From contig OZ024758.1 in assembly GCA_964016885.1 (NCBI GenBank), positions 38,502,001 through 38,566,000 on the forward strand: a DNA stretch of 64,000 nt, written 5' to 3'. The notes under the pieces were generated by a model. The model did not search any database, was not told the origin of the DNA, and was given only the letters and a program-made list of their open reading frames with translations. The position numbers and the translations under genes were made by a program. This document shows, in pieces, positions 56,201-64,000 of this stretch. Position 1 is the first letter of the stretch. Every line of letters starts with the position of its first letter. Source of the DNA: Eledone cirrhosa (lineage: Eukaryota).

Positions 56201-56945
56201 TAGCTGTCAGAAGGAACTCCACTGTTGGTGAGAATTCATTTAAGTTCATGGTACTAGCTGTCAGAAGTAACTCCACTGTTGGTGAGAATTCATTTAAGTT
56301 CATGGTATTAGTTTGTCAGAAGTAACTCCACTGTTGGTGAGAATTCATTTAAGTCATGGTATTAGTTGTCAGAAGTAACTCCAATGTTGGTGAGAATTCA
56401 TTTAAGTCATGGTACTAGCTGTCAGAAGTAACTCCAATGTTGGTGAGAATTCATTTAAGTTCATGGTATTAGCTGTCAGAAGGAACTCCACTGTTGGTGA
56501 GAATTCATTTAAGTTCATGGTATTAGCTGTCAGAAGTAACTCCACTGTTGGTGAGAATTCATTTAAGTTCATGGTATTAGCTGTCAGAAGTAACTCCACT
56601 GTTGGTGAGAATTCATTTAAGTTCATGGTACTAGCTGTCAGAAGTAACTCCACTGTTGGTGAGAATTCATTTAAGTTCATGGTTCTAGCTGTCAGAATTA
56701 ACTCCACTGTTGGTGAGAATTCATTTAAGTTCATGGTACTAGCTGTCAGAAGTAACTCCACTGTTGGTGAGAATTCATTTAAGTTCATGGTATTAGCTGT
56801 CAGAAGGAACTCCAATGTTGGTGAGAATTCATTTAAGTCATGGTACTAGCTGTCAGAAGTAACTCCACTGTTGGTGAGAATTCATTTAAGTTCATGGTAT
56901 TAGCTGTCGGAAGGAACGCCACTGTTGGTGAGAATTCATTTAAGT
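43750..56945 (+). repeat. Tandem higher-order repeat, 2 x ~6.6 kb (123 then 122 monomers)
   Basis: The offset is 6626 for ORFs 43911/50537, 44288/50914, 44935/51561, 45795/52421 and 46226/52852, then 6572 for 47089/53661, 48652/55224 and 49837/56409, with one monomer lost near 53.6 kb. The private marker GTCGGAAGG occurs at 50334 and 56906. Confidence 0.92.
47800..50130 (+). repeat. Nested 1185-bp (22-monomer) duplication inside the 6.6 kb unit; second instance ~54370-56700
   Basis: ORFs 47865/49050, 48383/49568 and 48652/49837 are offset by 1185, as are 54437/55622 and 54955/56140. The TTCATTTTATTAG...CCAGTG monomer is duplicated at this spacing. Confidence 0.88.
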
Positions 56946-57379
56946 TCATGGTATTAGCTGTCAGAAGTAACTCCACTGTTGGTGAGAATTCATTTAAGTT
57001 CATGGTACTAGCTGTCAGAAGTAACTCCAATGTTGGTGAGAATTCATTTAAGTTCATGGTATTAGCTGTCAGAAGTCACTCCACTGTTGGTGATAATTCA
57101 TTTAAGTTCATGGTATTAGCTGTCAGAAGTAACTCCACTGTTGGTGAGAATTCATTTAAGTTCATGGTACTAGTTGTCAGAAGTAACTCCACTGTTGGTG
57201 AGAATTCATTTAAGTTCATGGTACTAGCTGTCAGAAGTAACCCCAATGTTGGTAAGAATTCATTTAAGTTCATGATATTAGCTGTCAGAAGTAACTCCAC
57301 TGTTGGTGAGAATTCATTTAAGTTCATGGTACTAGCTGTCAGAAGTAACTCCACTGTTGGTGAGAATTCATTTAAGTTT

Positions 57380-60300
57380 ATGGTACTAGCTGTCAGAAGT
57401 AACCCCAATGTTGGTGAGAATTCATTTAAGTTCATGGTATTAGCTGTCAGAAGTCACTCCAATGTTGGTGAGAATTCATTTAAGTTCATGGTATTAGCTG
57501 TCAGAAGTAACTCCACTGTTGGTGAGAATTCATTTAAGTTCATGGTATTAGCTGTCAGAAGCAACTCCACTGTTGGTGAGAATTCATTTAAGTTCATGGT
57601 ATTAGCTGTCAGAAGTAACTCCACTGTTGGTGAGAATTCATTTAAGTTCATGGTATTAGCTGTCAGAAGGAACTCCAATGTTGGTGAGAATTCATTTAAG
57701 TCATGGTACTAGCTGTCAGAAGTAACTCCACTGTTGGTGAGAATTCATTTAAGTTCATGGTATTAGCTGTCAGAAGGAACGCCACTGTTGGTGAGAATTC
57801 ATTTAAGTTCATGGTATTAGCTGTCAGAAGTAACTCCACTGTTGGTGAGAATTCATTTAAGTTCATGGTACTAGGTGTCAGAAGTAACTCCAATGTTGGT
57901 GAGAATTCATTTAAGTTCATGGTATTAGCTGTCAGAAGGAACTCCACTGTTGGTGATAATTCATTTAAGTTCATGGTATTAGCTGTCAGAAGTAACTCCA
58001 CTGTTGGTGAGAATTCATTTAAGTTCATGGTACTAGTTGTCAGAAGTAACTCCACTGTTGGTGAGAATTCATTTAAGTTCATGGTACTAGCTGTCAGAAG
58101 TAACTCCAATGTTGGTAAGAATTCATTTAAGTTCATGATATTAGCTGTCAGAAGTAACTCCACTGTTGGTGAGAATTCATTTAAGTTCATGGTACTAGCT
58201 GTCAGAAGTAACTCCACTGTTGGTGAGAATTCATTTAAGTTTATGGTACTAGCTGTCAGAAGTAACCCCAATGTTGGTGAGAATTCATTTAAGTTCATGG
58301 TATTAGCTGTCAGAAGTCACTCCAATGTTGGTGAGAATTCATTTCAGTTCATGGTATTAGCTGTCAGAAGTCACTCCACTGTTGGTGAGAATTCATTTAA
58401 GTTCATGGTACTAGCTGTCAGAAGTAACCACAATGTTGCTGAGAATTCATTTAAGTTCATGGTATTAGCTGTCAGAAGTCACTCCAATGTTGGTGAGAAT
58501 TCATTTAAGTTCATGGTATTAGCTGTCAGAAGTAACTCCACTGTTGGTGAGAATTCATTTAAGTTCATGGTATTAGCTGTCAGAAGTAACTCCACTGTTG
58601 GTGAGAATTCATTTAAGTTCATGGTATTAGCTGTCAGAAGTAACTCCACTGTTGGTGAGAATTCATTTAAGTTCATGGTATTACCTGTCAGAAGGAACTC
58701 CAATGTTGGTGAGAATTCATTTAAGTCATGGTACTAGCTGTCAGAAGTAACTCCACTGTTGGTGAGAATTCATTTAAGTTCATGGTATTAGCTGTCAGAA
58801 GGAACGCCACTGTTGGTGAGAATTCATTTAAGTTTGTGGTATTAGCTATCAGAAGTAACTCCACTGTTGGTGAGAATTCATTTAAGTTCATGGTACTAGC
58901 TGTCAGAAGTAACTCCAATGTTGGTGAGAATTCATTTAAGTTCATGGTATTAGCTGTCAGAAGGAACTCCACTGTTGGTGAGAATTCATTTAAGTCTTGG
59001 TATTAGTTGTCAGAAGTAACTCCAATGTTGGTGAGAATTCATATAAGTTCATGGTACTAGCTGTCAGAAGTAACTCCACTGTTGGTGAGAATTCATTTAA
59101 GTTCATGGTACTAGCTGTCAGAAGTAACTCCACTGTTGTTGAGAATTCATTTAAGTTCATGGTACTAGCTGTCAGAAGTAACCCCAATGTTGGTGAGAAT
59201 TCATTTAAGTTCATGGTATTAGCTGTCAGAAGTCACTCCAATGTTGGTGAGAATTCATTTAAGTTCATGGTATTAGCTGTTAGAAGTCACTCCACTGTTG
59301 GTGAGAATTCATTTAAGTTCATGGTATTAGCTGTCAGAAGTAACTCCACTGTTGGTGAGAATTCATTTAAGTTCATGGTATTAGCTGTCAGAAGTAACTC
59401 CACTGTTGGTGAGAATTCATTTAAGTTCATGGTATTAGCTGTCACAAGGAACTCCACTGTTGGTGAGAATTCATTTAATTCATGGTATTAGCTGTCAGAA
59501 GTAACTCCAATGTTGGTGAGAATTCATTTAAGTTCATGGTATTAGCTGTCAGAAGTAACTCCACTGTTGGTGAGAATTCATTTAAGTTCATGGTATTAGC
59601 TGTCAGAAGGAACTCCAATGTTGGTGAGAATTCATTTAAGTCATGGTACTAGCTGTCAGAAGTAACTCCACTGTTGGTGAGAATTCATTTAAGTTCATGG
59701 TATTAGCTGTCAGAAGGAACGCCACTGTTGGTGAGAATTCATCTAAGTTCATGGTATTAGCTGTCAGAAGTAACTCCACTGTTGGTGAGAATTCATTTAA
59801 GTTCATGGTACTAGCTGTCAGAAGTAACTCCAATGTTGGTGAGAATTCATTTAAGTTCATGGTATTAGCTGTCAGAAGTAACTCCACTGTTGGTGAGAAT
59901 TCATTTAAGTCTTGGTGTTAGTTGTCAGAAGTAACTCCAATGTTGGTGAGAATTCATTTAAGTTCATGGTACTAGCTGTCAGAAGTAACCCCAATGTTGG
60001 TGAGAATTCATTTAAGTTCATGGTATTAGCTGTCAGAAGTCACTCCAATGTTGGTGAGAATTCATTTAAGTTCATGGTATTAGCTGTCAGAAGTAACTCC
60101 ACTGTTGGTGAGAATTCATTTAAGTTCATGGTATTAGCTGTCAGAAGCAACTCCACTGTTGGTGAGAATTCATTTAAGTTCATGGTATTAGCTGTCAGAA
60201 GTAACTCCACTGTTGGTGAGAATTCATTTAAGTTCATGGTATTAGCTGTCAGAAGGAACTCCAATGTTGGTGAGAATTCATTTAAGTCATGGTACTAGCT

Positions 60301-63300
60301 GTCAGAAGTAACTCCACTGTTGGTGAGAATTCATTTAAGTTCATGGTATTAGCTGTCAGAAGGAACGCCACTGTTGGTGAGAATTCATTTAAGTTCATGG
60401 TATTAGCTGTCAGAAGTAACTCCACTGTTGGTGAGAATTCATTTAAGTTCATGGTACTAGCTGTCAGAAGTAACTCCAATGTTGGTGAGAATTCATTTAA
60501 GTTCATGGTATTAGCTGTCAGAAGGAACTCCACTGTTGGTGATAATTCATTTAAGTTCATGGTATTAGCTGTCAGAAGTAACTCCACTGTTGGTGAGAAT
60601 TCATTTAAGTTCATGGTACTAGTTGTCAGAAGTAACTCCACTGTTGGTGAGAATTCATTTAAGTTCATGGTACTAGCTGTCAGAAGTAACTCCAATGTTG
60701 GTAAGAATTCATTTAAGTTCATGATATTAGCTGTCAGAAGTAACTCCACTGTTGGTGAGAATTCATTTAAGTTCATGGTACTAGCTGTCAGAAGTAACTC
60801 CACTGTTGGTGAGAATTCATTTAAGTTTATGGTACTAGCTGTCAGAAGTAACCCCAATGTTGGTGAGAATTCATTTAAGTTCATGGTATTAGCTGTCAGA
60901 AGTCACTCCAATGTTGGTTAGAATTCATTTAAGTTCATGGTATTAGCTGTCAGAAGTCACTCCACTGTTGGTGAGAATTCATTTAAGTTCATGGTACTAG
61001 CTGTCAGAAGTAACCCCAATGTTGCTGAGAATTCATTTAAGTTCATGGTATTAGCTGTCAGAAGTCACTCCAATGTTGGTGAGAATTCATTTAAGTTCAT
61101 GGTATTAGCTGTCAGAAGTAACTCCACTGTTGGTGAGAATTCATTTAAGTTCATGGTATTAGCTGTCAGAAGTAACTCCACTGTTGGTGAGAATTCATTT
61201 AAGTTCATGGTATTAGCTGTCAGACGTAACTCCACTGTTGGTGAGAATTCATTTAAGTTCATGGTATTACCTGTCAGAAGGAACTCCAATGTTGGTGAGA
61301 ATTCATTTAAGTCATGGTACTAGCTGTCAGAAGTAACTCCACTGTTGGTGAGAATTCATTTAAGTTCATGGTATTAGCTGTCAGAAGGAACGCCACTGTT
61401 GGTGAGAATTCATTTAAGTTCATGGTATTAGCTATCAGAAGTAACTCCACTGTTGGTGAGAATTCATTTAAGTTCATGGTACTAGCTGTCAGAAGTAACT
61501 CCAATGTTGGTGAGAATTCATTTAAGTTCATGGTATTAGCTGTCAGAAGGAACTCCACTGTTGGTGAGAATTCATTTAAGTCTTGGTATTAGTTGTCAGA
61601 AGTAACTCCAATGTTGGTGAGAATTCATTTAAGTTCATGGTACTAGCTGTCAGAAGTAACTCCACTGTTGGTGAGAATTCATTTAAGTTCATGGTACTAG
61701 CTGTCAGAAGTAACTCCAATGTTGGTGAGAATTCATTTAAGTTCATGGTATTAGCTGTCAGAAGTAACTCCACTGTTGGTGAGAATTCATTTAAGTTCAT
61801 GGTACTAGCTGTCAGAAGTAACTCCACTGTTGGTGAGAATTCATTTAAGTTCATGGTATTAGCTGTCAGAAGTAACTCCACTGTTGGTGAGAATTCATTT
61901 AAGTTCATGGTACTAGCTGTCAGAAGTAACCCCAATGTTGGTGAGAATTCATTTAAGTTCATGGTATTAGCTGTCAGAAGTCACTCCACTGTTGGTGAGA
62001 ATTCATTTAAGTTCATGGTATTAGCTGTTAGAAGTCACTCCACTGCTGGTGAGAATTCATTTAAGTTCATGGTACTAGCTGTCAGAAGTAACCCCAATGT
62101 TGGTGAGAATTCATTTAAGTTCATGGTATTAGCTGTCAGAAGTCACTCCAATGTTGGTGAGAATTCGTTTAAGTTCATGGTATTAGCTGTCAGAAGCAAC
62201 TCCACTGTTGGTGAGAATTCATTTAAGTTCATGGTATTAGCTGTCAGAAGTAACTCCACTGTTGGTGAGAATTCATTTAAGTTCATGGTATTAGCTGTCA
62301 GAAGGAACTCCACTGTTGGTGATAATTCATTTAAGTTCATGGTATTAGCTGTCAGAAGTAACTCCACTGTTGGTGAGAATTCATTTAAGTTCATGGTACT
62401 AGTTGTCAGAAGTAACTCCACTGTTGGTGAGAATTCATTTAAGTTCATGGTACTAGCTGTCAGAAGTAACTCCAATGTTGGTAAGAATTCATTTAAGTTC
62501 ATGATATTAGCTGTCAGAAGTAACTCCACTGTTGGTGAGAATTCATTTAAGTTCATGGTACTAGCTGTCAGAAGTAACTCCACTGTTGGTGAGAATTCAT
62601 TTAAGTTTATGGTACTAGCTGTCAGAAGTAACCCCAATGTTGGTGAGAATTCATTTAAGTTCATGGTATTAGCTGTCAGAAGTCACTCCACTGTTGGTGA
62701 GAATTCATTTAAGTTCATGGTACTAGCTGTCAGAAGTAACCCCAATGTTGCTGAGAATTCATTTAAGTTCATGGTATTAGCTGTCAGAAGTCACTCCAAT
62801 GTTGGTGAGAATTCATTTAAGTTCATGGTATTACCTGTCAGAAGGAACTCCAATGTTGGTGAGAATTCATTTAAGTCATGGTACTAGCTGTCAGAAGTAA
62901 CTCCACTGTTGGTGAGAATTCATTTAAGTTCATGGTATTAGCTGTCAGAAGGAACGCCACTGTTGGTGAGAATTCATTTAAGTTCATGGTATTAGCTATC
63001 AGAAGTAACTCCACTGTTGGTGAGAATTCATTTAAGTTCATGGTACTAGCTGTCAGAAGTAACTCCAATGTTGGTGAGAATTCATTTAAGTTCATGGTAT
63101 TAGCTGTCAGAAGGAACTCCACTGTTGGTGAGAATTCATTTAAGTCTTGGTATTAGTTGTCAGAAGTAACTCCAATGTTGGTGAGAATTCATTTAAGTTC
63201 ATGGTACTAGCTGTCAGAAGTAACTCCACTGTTGGTGAGAATTCATTTAAGTTCATGGTACTAGCTGTCAGAAGTAACTCCAATGTTGGTGAGAATTCAT
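57380..63300 (+). repeat. Terminal HOR zone, offsets 2586 and 1564 bp
   Basis: ORFs 57703/60289 and 58728/61314 are offset by 2586, and 61314/62878 by 1564. The GCTATCAGA variant occurs only at ~58845, ~61431 and ~62995. Confidence 0.8.
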
Positions 63301-64000
63301 TTACGTTCATGGTATTAGCTGTCACAAGGAACTCCACTGTTGGTGAGAATTCATTTAATTCATGGTATTAGCTGTCAGAAGTAAATCCAATGTTGGTGAG
63401 AATTCATTTAAGTTCATGGTATTAGCTGTCAGAAGTAACTCCACTGTTGGTGAGAATTCATTTAAGTTCATGGTATTAGCTGTCAGAAAGAACTCCAATG
63501 TTGGTGAGAATTCATTTAAGTTCATGGTATTAGCTGTTAGAAGTCACTCCACTGTTGGTGAGAATTCATTTAAGTTCATGGTACTAGCTGTCAGAAGTAA
63601 CCCCAATGTTGGTGAGAATTCATTTAAGTTCATGGTATTAGCTGTCAGAAGTCACTCCAATGTTGGTGAGAATTCATTTAAGTTCATGGTATTAGCTGTC
63701 AGAAGTAACTCCACTGTTGGTGAGAATTCGGTTAAGTTCATGGTATTAGCTGTCAGAAGTAACTCCACTGTTGGTGAGAATTCATTTAAGTCTTGGTGTT
63801 AGTTGTCAGAAGTAACTCCAATGTTGGTGAGAATTCATTTAAGTTCATGGTACTAGCTGTCAGAAGTCACTCCAATGTTGGTGAGAATTCATTTAAGTTC
63901 ATGGTATTAGCTGTCAGAAGTAACTCCACTGTTGGTGAGAATTCATTTAAGTTCATGGTATTAGCTGTCAGAAGCAACTCCACTGTTGGTGAGAATTCAT

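Larger units (their letters stand above)
1..64000 (+). repeat. 54-bp tandem satellite array (EcoRI-site-containing), about 1,190 head-to-tail monomers, extending beyond both window edges
   Basis: GTTGGTGAGAATTCATTTAAGTTCATGGTATTAGCTGTCAGAAGTAACTCCACT recurs from base 1 to 64000 in one orientation. Monomers typically differ from consensus by 0-3 substitutions. Length variants are 53 bp (AAGTCATG) and 55 bp (TAGTTTGTC, GAAGTTTACT). The ORF track shows the same 18-aa unit throughout. Confidence 0.99.

Noticed and set aside
25-63802. Hundreds of ORFs encoding 18-aa repeats; possible giant repeat protein gene
   Set aside because: They are a by-product of a monomer length divisible by 3. Frameshifting 53/55-bp monomers occur every few units, stop-creating variants (GAATTGA) were amplified, most variants are nonsynonymous, and there is no unique N- or C-terminal domain.
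1-64000. CRISPR array
   Set aside because: There are no unique spacers: the full 54 bp is repeated. No leader or cas genes are present.
1-64000. 53-bp and 55-bp monomers as homopolymer sequencing errors
   Set aside because: The indels recur in exact register across HOR copies (constant offsets such as 1993, 1452 and 6626) and are linked to specific substitutions, so they are inherited variants.
1-64000. CENP-B box, telomeric repeat, tRNA/5S-derived or transposon-terminal motifs in the monomer
   Set aside because: The CENP-B box needs two CpGs (TTCG....A..CGGG), which are absent. I could not recognise a TTAGGG-type repeat, Pol III A/B boxes or terminal inverted repeats.
1-64000. Synthetic concatemer or purely artefactual assembly
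   Set aside because: Hierarchical, position-dependent variant sharing with private SNVs between copies fits natural satellite evolution. Individual large duplications still need read-level validation.

Overview
The whole 64 kb window is one uninterrupted, head-to-tail satellite array of a 54-bp monomer, consensus GTTGGTGAGAATTCATTTAAGTTCATGGTA(T/C)TAGCTGTCAGAAGTAACTCCA(C/A)T. The consensus is about 37-39% GC, has no CpG and carries one EcoRI site. There are roughly 1,190 copies (64000/~53.9). By eye I saw no unique sequence, spacer, transposon insertion, strand inversion, RNA gene or credible protein-coding gene. Every ORF in the track is the 18-codon monomer read in its two stop-free frames, cut up by 53-bp and 55-bp monomer variants. 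The informative content lies in the variant pattern. Rare substitutions and 1-bp indels act as barcodes that reveal nested, variable-length higher-order repeats, with offsets of 1721, 1993, 2479, 2802/2910, 1452, ~3.1-3.4 kb, 4633, 2857, 6626/6572, 1185 and 2586 bp. Diagnostic variants also turn over in zones along the array. This looks most like eukaryotic (peri)centromeric or other heterochromatic satellite DNA that expanded recently (inference). I cannot assign the organism or a named satellite family, and I found no evidence for a novel gene system.
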